From Octopus sinensis (taxonomy: Eukaryota): DNA of 64,000 nucleotides. The position numbers were made by a program, and so were the translations under genes. The notes below the pieces were generated by a model. It ran no database searches, was not told the DNA's origin, and saw only the letters and a list, made by a program, of their open reading frames with translations. Where the stretch lies: contig NC_043002.1 of NCBI RefSeq assembly GCF_006345805.1, positions 91,760,001 through 91,824,000 on the forward strand, written 5' to 3'. Positions 39,882-52,899 of this stretch are shown piece by piece (within the stretch, counting starts at the first letter, position 1; the number at the start of each line of letters is the position of its first letter).

Positions 39882-40282
39882 GGATATTTTCGGTTTGAAC
39901 GGCAGTTTTTTAACATAATTTCTAGGTAATTAAAAAATTTTAAACTTCATTTACTGGTAGAATGTGTTTATAAAACATCTTTTTCTCTTTTGTTTTTATT
40001 GAGAAAATTCTATAGTTTGTAACATATTTGTTGTTGTTTTTTCTTCAATTTCTGCAATTTCAACCAATCAGTGACGTCTATTCAGGTGCCGTATGAATAT
40101 GTCTCTCTTTTAAGAAACAGATTGGGTTTATTTACATTTGTGAAGAAAAAAAGATACCCTTCCACCCACCCCTAACCCTAAAACAGATTGAAATGGAATA
40201 GATCGATACTAGGGCCATAATTATGGGTGACAATTTCATATGACACCGCTAGAAAAAACTGCCGTTCAAACCAGGAAGATCC
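39882..40282. mobile_element. MITE with GGAT..ATCC TIRs and 8-bp TSD (Merlin-like), internal TAACCC repeats
   Basis: TIR ggat.tt.cggtttgaacggcagtt and its inverse, TSD aaatc(a/g)tg. Superfamily inferred from GG termini plus 8-bp TSD. Confidence 0.8.
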
Positions 40283-40462
40283 AAATCGTGGATAATGCAA
40301 CTCTTCTTCAGTATTCGCAGAGCTTCTTTAAATCCTAGATGGCACAGTGTTTTCATGTGCCGCATAGGGTCTACGCAGTCGAAATTAAATCGTGGATAAC
40401 GCAACTCTTCTTCGGTGCTCGCAACTTTTTCGTCCTGGACACGTTTCATATTTTTTTTTCTT

Positions 40463-40695
40463 TTTTTTTTTAGTTGTTTCAGTCATTTGACTGCGGCCAT
40501 GCTGGGGCGCTGCCTCGAAGAATTTTCTTTTAGTCGAATGTATCGACCCCAGTGCTTACTTATTTTAAAATCTGGTACTTATGGCATAGGTCACTTTTGC
40601 TGAACCGTTAAGTTACGGGGAAGTAAACGTACCAACACCGGTTGTCAAGCAATGGTAGTGGGTAAACACAAGCATAAACACACACAGGTATATAT

Positions 40696-40735
<40 letters not shown>

Positions 40736-40896
40736 CGGGCTTCTTTCAGTTTCTGCCTGCCAAACTCACTTACTAAGCTTGGATCAGCCCGAATTTATAG
40801 TAGAAGACACTTGCCCAAGTTGTCACGCAGTGGGACTGAACCCGGAAACATGTGGCTGGAAAACAAGCCTCTTACCACACAGTCACGCCTGCGCCT
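40463..40896 (-). mobile_element. SINE family A, full length
   Basis: Reverse complement of the 25958 type with internal (CA)n. Further partial A copies at about 11660, 30318, 41851, 42990, 45270, 50705, 51245, 52900, 53948 and 55627. Confidence 0.88.
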
Positions 40897-40962
40897 CTAA
40901 TTTTAATAAAATAAAAAACGCGCAACTCTACTACTACTATATGCTACTACTACCACTACCAC

Positions 40963-41032
<70 letters not shown>

Positions 41033-41064
41033 AGTTATTCATGGAACGTCTACCACGCATCAGT

Positions 41065-41463
41065 GGAGGCGCAATGGCCCAGTGGTTAGGGCAGCGGACT
41101 CGCGGTCATAGGATCGCTGTTTCGATTCCCAGACCGGGCGTTGTGAGTGTTTATTGAGCGAAAACACTTAAAAGCTCCACGAGGCTCCGGCAGGGGATGG
41201 TGGTGATCCCTGCTGTACTCTTTCACCACAACTTTCTCTCACTCTTACTTCCTGTTTCTGTTGTACCTGTATTTCAAAGGGCCGGCCTTGTCACTCTCTG
41301 TGTCACGCTGAATATCCCCGAGAATTACGTTAAGGGTACACGTGTCTGTGGAGTGCTCAGCCACTTACACGTAAATTACACGAGCAGGCTTTTCCGTTGA
41401 TCGGATCAACCGGTACCCTCGTCGTCGTAACCGACGGAGTGCTTCCATCCATCAGTAGTAGTA
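41065..41463 (+). mobile_element. SINE family D head with tail X, 34-bp flanking direct repeat
   Basis: tRNA-Arg-like head, tail ggccttgtcactctctgtgtcacgctgaat..gtcgtaaccgacggagtgc. Direct repeat at 41031-41064 and 41464-41497. Confidence 0.9.
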
Positions 41464-42371
41464 GTAGTCATTCATGGAACGTCTACCACGCATCAGTTGG
41501 CAGCTTAAATCATTGTGAAGATGAAGAAGACACCCTGCCTTAACAGGCAAGTTAAAATTCTGTTCTAATGAGAGGCTTCTACGCCGTCGCTCCACTTGCT
41601 ATGAAAACACAGTAGACAGAAAAAAATTCTTCAAATCAAAATCACATCGTGTTTAATCATATAGTACATACGCTACGTCTGAAATAAAGATGACATGGCC
41701 ACAACTAGAACGTCTATTTGATCAATTACGTCTATTTGATCAATGCTAACTTATTTGGTAAACTAGAACAAAAAACAACACCCACAGACTTTCTCCTAGA
41801 ATCAAACTACTAATACAAAATTCCATATATTTTCATAATACGAAAGAAAAAAAGAGGCTGTCTGTCTGGTAGGAAGCTTGCTTTCTAACCACATGGTTCC
41901 GGGTTCAATACCACCGCCTGGCATCTTGGGCATGTGTCTTCTTCTATAGCCTCGGGCCGACCAAAGCCTTGTGAGTGGATTTGGTAGACAGAAACAAGCC
42001 CGTTGTATATAGATATACTCAGAAACATATGTCTTCAGGTGCTTAGTCCCGGCTTGCGGGGGTGATTGCCTCCTCTTTGCAAATATAAGAACACAGAATA
42101 TGTGTCAAAGCCGACAGGAGACGTCGATGTTTCCGAGGGCTAAATGGCGGTGGTGTAATTCCCTTACGGGACTGTCACATTGAGTTGACGGTATACGACC
42201 ACTATATATATATGTGTGTATGTGTGTGTGTGTGTGTGTGTGTATAAATATATATATGTATATATATAATATATATATATACATATAAATATATATATAT
42301 ACATATATATACATATACATATATATACATACTTATATATATATATATATATATTTATTTATATGTATATA

Positions 42372-42516
<145 letters not shown>

Positions 42517-42621
42517 TAATCCAAACAAGAAAACACAGAAAAAAAGAGAGAAAATAACACAGCAACGCAGGACGTGGAACAATTAAAGTATTATTGACGC
42601 TCAGGAAAGAAGGGAAGGAGG

Positions 42622-42656
42622 GTTTAACGTTTCGAGCAGAGCTCTTCGTCGGAAAC
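42622..42656 (-). ncRNA. Minimal hammerhead variant (U4C) in a (TA)n-flanked mini-element of about 220 bp (42511-42731)
   Basis: gttt-CCGACGA-a-gagc(tct)gctc-GAAA-CG-TT-aaac. Loopless palindromic stem III (AACGTT). Confidence 0.55.
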
Positions 42657-42729
42657 AAGGAGAAGGAAAGATCCCAAGAAGGGAAGACAGAGGAAAAAAT
42701 ATTTGAGCTGGTGGTGCTTAAGAGATCAC

Positions 42730-42809
<80 letters not shown>

Positions 42810-43819
42810 TCATACGCGCGCGTGCAAAAACACATACACACAGGGGTGAGCTTATAATTTCAAAGCAAGGTGAAAAGAATGGTACGCGAATATCGAAAGA
42901 AGAGTAATATGCATTTATCATCAGAAAACTGTTTCTCAAAGTTTCACGTTGTCCGACAAACAGGAATTGGTAATTCTGAGTAGCAGTCTTGTGATAATTT
43001 TGTAGCTTTTTATTAAAAGTGCTTAACAACCGGTGTTGGTGTGCTTGCGTCCCCATAACATAGTGGTTCGGCAAAAGTCCGGTAGAATAAGTACCAGGCT
43101 TGAAAAAAGTTCTGGGTTCGATTTGTCTGACTGAAACCCTTCATAGCTGTGCCCCAGGTTGACCGCAATCAAATAACTGAAACAGATACAAAAAAAAAAA
43201 AAGACAAGAACTCATTAATTTAAGTTTACAGGAATATTATTTTTAGCATTGATTACATTTTAAACATATTTAAACGAGGTGTTGCGAAGAAATTTTAAAA
43301 CAGTTCACACTCAAAAGCTGCATCTGCCAGTAGAGAACAAACTGAAAGATTTCTCACCTGTACAACTACATCTGTCTACATGGAACAGACTGAAAGCCTT
43401 CTCACCGCCAAGAATACATATCTTTCTCTATCTGTGTCTATAGAACACACTGTAAAACGCTCCCCCCCTTTACAACTACATCTTCCAGTATGGAACAGAC
43501 TGATAACATCAAACTTGATGTATATAATCCGATAGATCCAGTATCTCACATCAGAATCGACACTTCAATCTGAACACATCAAATTCAAAGCAACAATTGT
43601 ATTCTTCCTGTCAGACTTGTGACACAACACTTGGCATTTCTCATTTGATAAACTAATCCCATTATATACGTCTAGGGATAAAAACGCACATAGATTGTAT
43701 TTACTTTGATAGTAGATTATGTGTACAGACTTATGTGGATTTTTGTTTGTTTTTGTGTGTGAATACGTGTGAATAAATATATATATCTGTCTGTCTGTCT
43801 GTCTCTCTCTATATATATA

Positions 43820-44184
43820 GTAGCACTCCGTCGGTTACGATGACGAGGGGTCTAGTTGATCCGCTCAACAGAATAGCCTGCTCGTGAAATTAACGTCCAA
43901 GTGGAGCTGAACACTCCACAGACACGTGTACCGATTCAGGATGACACAGAGTGTGACATGGCTGGCCATTTGAAATACAGGTACAGCAGAAAGAGGAAGG
44001 AAGAGTGAGAGAAAGCAGTAGTGAAAGAGTACAGCAAGGTTCGCCACCACTCCCTGCCGGAGCCTCGTGGTGCTTTTAGGTGTTTTCGCTCAATAAACAC
44101 TCACAACGCCAGGTCTGGGAATCGAAACGGCGATCCCACGACCGCGAGTCATCTGCCCTAACCACTGGACCATTGCGCCTCCGA
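43820..44184 (-). mobile_element. SINE family D head with tail X
   Basis: Reverse complement of the 41065 element. Confidence 0.88.
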
Positions 44185-44185
44185 G

Positions 44186-44218
<33 letters not shown>

Positions 44219-44227
44219 TAGAGAGAG

Positions 44228-44261
<34 letters not shown>

Positions 44262-44284
44262 AGGAAGAGAGAGAGAGGTAGATG

Positions 44285-44344
<60 letters not shown>

Positions 44345-44691
44345 CATAGAGCTAAGGCAGAATGGAGAGAGAGAGGGGAAGAAAGAGAGATGCTCTATCA
44401 ATTATTACTTGTTGTGGGCTGCCCCTGAGTGGCAACAAAAAGAAGGGTGTGTTGTGTTACGATAAATAATAAGATTTAAAAATTATATACAAGGACGACC
44501 AAGGAACACTGAAACATTACACACAAATGTGGACATGCTGTTCCCTCGACAGTTATCATCCAAAAATTTTGATAATTTTGCGCCATTAACGATAAAATTG
44601 TTCAATTTGGTGGCGATGAAAATAAACGAAAATAAATGAGCGAACGATGAGAACAGGCGTGGTTCTTTGGTAAGAAATTTACTGTCTAACT

Positions 44692-44895
44692 CAGTGCCTT
44701 TCAAACTTTTTCCTGGAGCGGAACCCCAAGGAAACATTCCACTGGCTCGAGGAACCCCTGTGCAATAATTTAATAGTTTTATGCACACATATTTGCAGCA
44801 CAGGAGAATTAAAAATTACTGCCCATTTTAGCAGTTTTGTAACTTCTTGCGGAACCCCTGGACTGTACTGGCGGAACCCTTGTTGAAAACCACTG
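44692..44895. mobile_element. hAT (Charlie-like) MITE
   Basis: TIRs cagtgcctttcaa and ttgaaaaccactg, perfect 8-bp TSD GTCTAACT at 44684-91 and 44896-903. Confidence 0.9.
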
Positions 44896-45015
44896 GTCTA
44901 ACTACATTGTTCTGGATTCAATCCGACTGTGTTGAGGTAAGTGCCGCGGGGTGACTAAAATTTTCTGAGTAGATTTCGCAGATGGAAACTGAAAGAAGCC
45001 CGTTGTGTGTTTACA

Positions 45016-45093
<78 letters not shown>

Positions 45094-45110
45094 TGTGTGT
45101 GTGTGTGTGT

Positions 45111-45150
<40 letters not shown>

Positions 45151-45379
45151 AATGGGTCATTTTGTTCACTTAAAATTCTTCAAGGCGCTGCCCCAGTATG
45201 GCAGCAATGTAATTACTGAAAGAGGTAAAAGACAGAAAATGAAAGACGCACATATAAGACCTGCTACGTATTCTGTCGTTCTCTTTTGCTGAACCGCTGA
45301 TTAACGGGACCTAATGAAGCTAACACCATTTGTCAAGCAGTGTTGGGACAAACACAGATACAAAGACACACACATAAAA

Positions 45380-45424
<45 letters not shown>

Positions 45425-45873
45425 CGTGTGCGTGTGTGTGTGTGTGTGCGTGCGTGCGTGTGCGTGTGTGTGTCTATACGACGGACTTCTTTCAGTTTCC
45501 GTCAGCCAAATCCACTCACTAACCTTTGGCCGGCCCGGGGCAACAGAAGACATGCTCAAAGTGCCACGCAGCGTGACTGAATGCAGAACCACATGGTTGA
45601 GAATCAAACTTCTTACCCCCACAGCCACGCATGAGCCTGTACTTAGGTGAAACTGACTATTACCCGGTCGATTTTGTCTGCGGATCTTCGCATTGTAGGA
45701 AATCTAAGCAACTGATCATCAGCCACTTACTCAGGACCATTTCTCCTTAGGACTTAAACAAATATTTTTTTATTTTTCGTCTCCTCTCTCTTGAATTCCT
45801 CCGAACCACACCTATTATAACATTATTGATTACTGTAAACACTTCCGGTATTTTTTTCCTCGTTTTATTCAAG

Positions 45874-45914
45874 ACAAACGCAGGGTTCCTGATATTTGGC
45901 AGTCCTCGAGAGTG
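45874..45914 (+). CDS. Candidate 41-nt exon
   Basis: Acceptor tttttttcctcgttttattcaag| and donor GTG|gtgagt. Two frames are open (TNAGFLIFGSPRE or KRRVPDIWQSSRV). No homology recognised. Confidence 0.2.
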
Positions 45915-46712
45915 GTGAGTGGGAAAGTATAGCGGTATCCTCAAATTGGAGACTGTCTCTTGCGTTGGCAAATGTATAGATTCTGCTAAAGGTACCCAAG
46001 TTTCCAAGTGAAGGTGTTACACTAGCAATGGATTGTGTGCCCCATGTAGGCTATGGGTGGTATTTGAACTCAGAATCTACTGAGCTGGAACATATATTAT
46101 GTTGCATGTCGTCGGACGTTCCCACATTTCCTACAGTTCATTGTCCTATATTGGTGCTCTTTTTTATCGATCTTGAACGAATGACTGGTCAAGTTGACCT
46201 CGGCGATTTTCGAAACTAGAAAACCGAGCGTTGGCACAAATAACATGAAGCATTGCATCCAACGTGTTTGTGTGTGTGTGTGTATGTGTGTGTGTGTGCG
46301 TGCGTGTGTGTGTATGTGTGTGTGTGTTTTGCTTACGTTTGTGTTTGTGCAAGCATACGTGCGTATGTATGTATGAAAACAAGATAGAAACATACTTCAT
46401 AGAATAGATCGTGATTAGCATCAGCAGAGTATTTTTCATCAATAAAAATATAACCTGGACTTACTTTGTAGCAAAACCTCCACCAGTGAACTTTCTTCGA
46501 AAGGGAAATATCTTTCGAGAAAAATCTACCTCAAAATGTTTGACATGTGATTAATTTCCTAGGAGAAGATACATACCCACTCCATAGAGTACACCATAAT
46601 TTGTTTACATAAGACATTTTAAAACAAAATGCTATGCAAACCTAAGTCTTTCTAAATTACATGTATATATATATATAGAGATGTCGCCTCGTGGATATAT
46701 ATTTCCCTGGCT

Positions 46713-46809
46713 TCTTTGCTGACGAGACAGGCTAGTGGCAAATAGATTTAATTTAATTTAATTAAATCGGTTTGCCATATGTATGTCGAAACTATGCATA
46801 GTCCAAAGA
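46713..46809 (+). ncRNA. Type I hammerhead ribozyme, intact core
   Basis: tctttg-CTGACGA-gaca..(tggcaaa/tttgcca; gatttaatt/aattaaatc)..tgtc-GAAA-ctatgcatag-TC-caaaga. 6-bp stem I, palindromic stem III ACTATGCATAGT, GUC site at 46803. Confidence 0.88.
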
Positions 46810-46929
46810 TGATAAGGGTAATTTTTTTTATTTTCCTTTGGTTTCTGAATTACAACTATTTAACGGTTTGAGTTTAGCTGCTCTTTCTAGTGGGTCGAAT
46901 GACCTATTAAGGCCATTCCTTAATATTGT

Positions 46930-46972
<43 letters not shown>

Positions 46973-46977
<5 letters not shown>

Positions 46978-47622
46978 CTAGCATGTTGACTGTCCACTTT
47001 TCGTGTTCAGTCCTTAATTGGTATATATAAATATTTTAATCTTCGGATTCTTTCTTTAATATGCTAGACCACTGGTTCTAATTGATAAATATCAATTTTT
47101 ACCCTAAATTTAATTTTATATAAATATTTGTTCTCTAACCGATAAATTAACTGCTGCTAACTATTAGCTGCAGGCTAGTTTTCTCGGGTCTCATCGCGCC
47201 AAAAGTAAAGACATTTGAAATATATATTTCAAATGTAATAGGCCGTACTCCATGCACGCGATATTTCGGTATCGTGTTGGCATTTAGTACAGCAAATTAC
47301 ATTTTATATGGGACCATGCTGATGATGGCTGCACTTTTCCTTGCGGAAAATAACAGCCGAGACTAAATTTAGTACATGGGTAAATATTTATTTCGTATAT
47401 TTTTCACTTGCTTATTGATTTGGTTTTGTGTTGAGTTTGATCTGAGAACATAGACTTTTTGTGGAGAATGGCGATTTGACGTCTATATCTAGCATGTTGA
47501 CTGTCCACTTTTCGTGTTCAGTCCTTAATTGGTATATATAAATATTTTAATCTTCGGATTCTTTCTTTAATATGCTAGACCACTGGTTCTAATTGATAAA
47601 TATCAATTTTTACCCTAAATTT
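46973..47622 (+). mobile_element. 511-bp unit with 139-bp terminal direct repeat carrying a hammerhead (pLTR/retrozyme-like)
   Basis: 46973-47111 is repeated at 47484-47622 (offset 511, no difference seen by eye). (TA)n on both sides. Confidence 0.75.
47314..47379 (+). ncRNA. Type I hammerhead ribozyme with GAAA to GAGA substitution
   Basis: ccatg-CTGATGA-t-ggctg..(ttttcc/ggaaaa)..cagcc-GAGA-ctaaatttag-TA-catgg. Palindromic stem III ACTAAATTTAGT. Confidence 0.75.
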
Positions 47623-47653
<31 letters not shown>

Positions 47654-47678
47654 GAGGTACAATAGCTACTTACCACAC

Positions 47679-47985
47679 AGAGGCGCAATGGCCCAGTGGT
47701 TAGGGCAGCGGACTCGCGGTTGTAGGATGGTGGTTTCGATTCCCAGAGTTGTGAGTGTTTATTGAGCGAAAACACCTAAAGCTCCACGAGGCTCCGGCAG
47801 GGGTGGTGGCGATTCCTACTGTACTCTTTCGCCACAAGTTTCTCTCAGTCTTTCTTCTGTTGGCCTGCTCGCTTAGCCAGCGGGGTTGCGTCATTTGAAG
47901 GCTAAAACAATTGCGAAGCGCATTGTGACTAGCGATGTGTAGTAACATCTGATAGCCTGGTCGGTCACGGTGACCACGGTGATAT
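47679..47985 (+). mobile_element. SINE family D head with tail Y
   Basis: D head and body to ctctttcgccacaagtttctctc, then ggcctgctcgcttagccagcgggg..cggtcacggtga. Confidence 0.88.
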
Positions 47986-48789
47986 ATACATATATATATA
48001 TATATGTCTATTGAATAAATGAACACTGCCTAAGTAAATATTGGGATAGTTACGACTAGAATGTCTTTGCTCCCAGCATTGTTCAATGAGCGCACACTTA
48101 TGTTTAAATAACAATAACAAAATTGACATCAGAAAACGAAAGCAACGACAGTAATACAACAGTGATAGCAGCAACTATAGAATAACACATGCTTGAAGAC
48201 AAATAGGATGCGTAATGGGAAGAGCAATTTCAGGAGGAATTAGGTTTGACCTCGTCACAATACCAAAGAAGCTACAACGCATACAATAATATATTGTCCA
48301 CCATAGATTTTAATCATGCCCCACCACGAGCAAAAAGCTGCGAAACTTTGCTCGTAGAAGGGAGTTGGTGGAATGAAGTCCGCACAAGATTTTCAAAAGA
48401 CTGTTAGAAAAGGAAATCCACAATATGATATTGTTGCAAGAATCCAGGTTAGATGCAAACAAGAAATAGACTTTGAGATAACACTTAAGAATTTAAGACT
48501 ACGCATGAAACATGTGAGAAACGTCCATATTTGTAATTTCATTGAAATCAGTTTTAATAATAAAAACAAACGATTAAATGTGTTATTGTGATCTAATTTC
48601 AAAACTAAATTTAGTAGTGACATAGAAATACTCAAAAATAATGTGTTGTATTAGTACTTGCGCAAGGAAAATATTTCAGTGTCTCACAATAATAAGGTTT
48701 GCATCTGAAAAGTAGCCATCATGATAAATTTCAGAGATGGTGGACAATCATAAGTAAATGCATCGATTAACTTCTACGATAACCGCCTT

Positions 48790-49170
48790 TGAAACGAAGG
48801 TAACGTGATAATAGATCCACCTTGGATTTTCTTCTGATGAATAGCTCAGTGGTCATAAAACTGGCACTCTGTTGGTTACGAGTTGATCCGACCCACGGTA
48901 CAGCCATCTCTGAAAAAATTAACGTGCAAGTGGCTGAACACTCCACCGACGCGCGTGCCCTTAACGTAGATCTCAGGGAGATACAGCTTGATACAGGCTG
49001 TGACAAGGCTGGCTCTTTGAAATACAGTTACTACTCATTTTTGCCAGCTGAGTGGACTGCAGCAACGTGAAATAAAGTGTCTTGCTCAAGGACACAACGC
49101 GCCCCCAGGAATCAAACTCGTGACCTTACGATCGTGATCCGCATACCACAAAGCCACGCGCCTTCACTCC
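48790..49170 (-). mobile_element. SINE family B head with tail X
   Basis: Reverse strand: B head and body to ccactcagctggcaaaaatgagtag, then actgtatttcaaagagccagccttgtcac..gttaagggcacgcgcgtcggtggagtgttcagccacttgcacg. Confidence 0.85.
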
Positions 49171-49880
49171 CAGGGACCATAATACCATTTTAACGATGGC
49201 CAATTGAAAAACTTCTACACTCAATAATATCGACTGCGCTGAAAATAATTTAGCAATATTGTCAACAAGTGGAACAGTCAACGCGAGAATTGAAATAAGA
49301 AAACGACAAAATAATACAAAAGGTTGATCAGTGTTGTTTACGTTCACAAGGATCTCGAGCCTTAATAGTAGAAAGGGTTGTATAACGAAAACTCAGCATT
49401 CTATCAATCTACAATGGACGACAATACTAGCTTGGGATCTCAACTTTAACTTTAACACTTTATATCACGATGTCGTGACAATGGTGCTCGTGTCCAACAG
49501 CTAAATCACAAGAAGAGATGAATTGAAAAAACGATCGCACAAACTGCAGTTTATGGAAGATCGGCATCTCTGCAGAAATACAATACTGAAGAATGAGAAG
49601 AAGGTACCGATTCATCAGTTCAAAGAGTGAGACACAGAGGGAGGGCAGGAGACAGAAAGAAATGAAGGGGAGAGATTAAAAAGGAAATTAATTGATGGAT
49701 TATAACAGGTTCGTGAGAAAGATGTCGCTACCTGAGTGCTAGCAAAAGACAATGGATATTGGAATCAAGTAAAATATGTGTGTGTGTGTGTGTGTGCACG
49801 TGCGTGCGTTGTGTGTGTGCGTGTGTGTACGTACATACGTATGTATGTATGAATACACGTATGTTGCTATATTTTGTTTG

Positions 49881-50120
49881 TTTTTTCCTTACCAAATAAA
49901 CACATGTGATACATATCCGTTCTTCATTCGTTTATTGCTGTTCTTATCTTATCGTATGTCCATCCTCCAGGAAGATATACGTGCGATGGAAGAGTCGTTG
50001 AAATGGTCATAGATGTATTACGAAAGATATACAGACATTGGACATAGGATAAAATAAGAAGGATAATAAACGAATGAAGAACGAATATACAGTGCGTTTG
50101 TTTATTTGGCAAGACAAAAG
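49881..50120. repeat. Diverged inverted repeat (about 80-bp arms, about 75-bp spacer)
   Basis: ccaaataaac..cgttcttcattcgtttatt..tatgtcca versus tggacata..aataaacgaatgaagaacg..gtttatttgg. Confidence 0.8.
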
Positions 50121-50943
50121 AAAAGACTCACTAAATATAAAAATATCTATTTCAACACAGGATTTCATATCAGGAATTTTGCAAACCAAATTCGTAAACG
50201 TAAAAATAGGATAAAATTTATCAAGTACTTAACGTGAAAAACCCCATAGGAAAAAAATCCACCAATTTTTTCACTTAAAAACAGAATTCTGTTTTTAAGT
50301 GACTTGGTTCGAGAGTTGCATTCGGTATCATATGTTTATTTATCTTGGTAGTTTTGACTTTAAGAGTCCCACCTAGCGTGTGGCATTTATGTATAGTAAT
50401 GCCCTCTATTTAATATATAAGAGAGATAAATGTCAGGAATTAGCAATTACTTAAGTTTACATGCCATTAAGGAAAAAGACAGGCTTTTCGTCGGGAGATA
50501 GAGAGACAATCATAAAAAATATGTTTCGGCCACAACAACCATTATTAGCGCAGCAATTGCTTCATTCATATTTTCTGTAGCGAACGGGCGCAGACTTATA
50601 CAAAAAGAGTACAACATATTTATGGCCTGGTTTATTTGCATAATTGAAACAAAATTGACCCAAGAGAAATAAATTGGAGTGGCCAGTGGCGTATGTATTT
50701 TTCATTTTGTACTTGTTTCAGCCATTTGACTGCGGCCATGCTGAGACGCTGCCTTGAAGGGTTTTTAGTCGTACAAATGGACTCCAGGACTTAATTTTTA
50801 TGTAAAACCCTACTCTATCAGCCAAACCGCTAAGTTACGTGGACATAAACACACCAACATCGGTTGTCTAGCGGTGGTGCAGTACAAACACAGACACACA
50901 CGCACATCTCTCTCTCTCTCTCCCTCTCACTCTTTATATATAC

Positions 50944-50994
<51 letters not shown>

Positions 50995-50998
50995 CGAT

Positions 50999-51230
50999 AG
51001 GCGGTGAGCTGGCAGAAACGTTAGCACGCCGGGCGAAATGCGTAGCCGTATTTCGTCTGCCGTTACGTTCTGAGTTCAAATTCCGCCGAGGTCGACTTTG
51101 CCTTTCATCCTTTCGGGGTCGATAAATTAAGTACCAGTTACGCACTCGAGTCGATATAATCGACTTAATACATATGTCTCTCCTTGTTTGTCCCCTCTGT
51201 GTTTAGCCCCTTGTGGGTAGTAAAGAAATA
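50999..51230 (+). mobile_element. SINE family C, full length
   Basis: Collinear with 24814-25043. Confidence 0.9.
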
Positions 51231-51775
51231 TATATATATACGATACACTTCTTTCAGTCTCCATCTACCAAATCCACTCACAAAGCTTTGGTCGACCCGA
51301 AGCTATAGAAGAAGACACTTGTCCATGGTACCCTCATGTGGTTGGGAAGTAAGCTTCTTACCACACAACCATACAACCACACCTATGCCTATATTAATAT
51401 ATGTACCCAATATATTAACGCACACAAACTGAATGCAGATCTGTATCGACCACACATTGCACCTTTTTTGGAATTTTGTCGAAAGCAGTGCTCCCTCTTA
51501 AACCAGCAATGAACACGCTGCTTATAAATTCTCTGACGTTAATGGCTAAAGTAAACTGGGTATACGAATTTGAATATTTAACATCTTCTTGGCATCAAGT
51601 TGAAATAGAAAATAATTGGTGAGTTAACAGTGTCACGTTTTATTGCTATATTGTTCTCTTGTATATATCTATAATTGGTTAACTAATATTATATTGCGAG
51701 GAGCCCGTGTAAATACTACAGGACCTTTGCCAAACTTACGAAGTTTAGTTCCCCTTCATTTCACTTAGATATTTT

Positions 51776-52193
51776 GGATGTTTTCGGTTTGAACGGCAGT
51801 TTTTAACATAATTTCTAGGTAACTAAAAAATTTTAAACTTCGTATACTGATAGAATGTGTTTATAAAACATCTTTTTCTCTTGGCTTTATTGAGAAAATT
51901 CTATAGTTTGTAAGATATTTGTGGGGTTTTTTTCTTCAATTTCTGCAATTTCAAACAATCAATTACGTCTATTGAGGTAAAAAGCGTTGTGTGCCCTATG
52001 AATATGTCCCTCGTTTAAGAAATAGATTGGGTCTATTTACATTTGTGAAGAAAAAAATATAACCTTCCCCCCACCCCAAACCCTAACCCTAAAACAGATA
52101 GAAATGCAATAGATCGATACTAGGGTCATAATTATGGGAGACAATTTCATATGACACCGCTAGAAAAAACTACCGTTCAAACCGAATAGATCC
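51776..52193. mobile_element. Merlin-like MITE, second copy
   Basis: Same TIRs and body as 39882. Perfect 8-bp TSD GATATTTT at 51768-75 and 52194-201. Confidence 0.88.
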
Positions 52194-52784
52194 GATATTT
52201 TTCCTTCACGCCTAGATTCTTTCCCCCAACGTACAGAAACAGGTTTAAAGTTCTCCCTACCAATTCCCACAAACCTTCCCTTTATTCACTTCTTACACCA
52301 CTGCTATTGCATTTTCTATTTTGGATTGTATTTTCATCCGATTGTCAATTTAGGATCCTTTCAGCTCTCATATATTCAATACCAGCATCCATCCAATTAC
52401 ATCTCTGACATTATACTTCAATTTTCGCTGACCCTAATTAGCTTATGTCTGCTAATTCTTCACACACATGTTTTAACTGTTCAAACGGGTTTTTGTTTCA
52501 TCAACCTTCCGTGTTCGGCTAATTCCACTCCTCAAACAATTTTAGAATATTTATGAATATTAATTCTTTCTGTGAATTATAATCTTTCATTTTTCATATT
52601 TCTCTTTGTCTAAATGGACAATTGCTTTTCTGCCATTCATTTCCGGTTTATGTCATTTCTCGAGCTATATATTTTAAAATTTGTATATTTTATCATTTTC
52701 TTATTCCACTTGTTTCTTCATAATTATCTCAGTAATTTTTATTTTTTATTTCATTACATGTATTTCCTTTATTTTACACATATA

Positions 52785-52866
<82 letters not shown>

Positions 52867-52868
52867 GC

Positions 52869-52899
<31 letters not shown>

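Noticed and set aside
44930-44945. Consensus donor GAG|gtaagt
   Set aside because: It lies inside a degenerate SINE A head.
48373-48635. 72-80 aa ORFs in unique-looking DNA
   Set aside because: No recognisable motif. Possibly a decayed transposon, but this cannot be supported.
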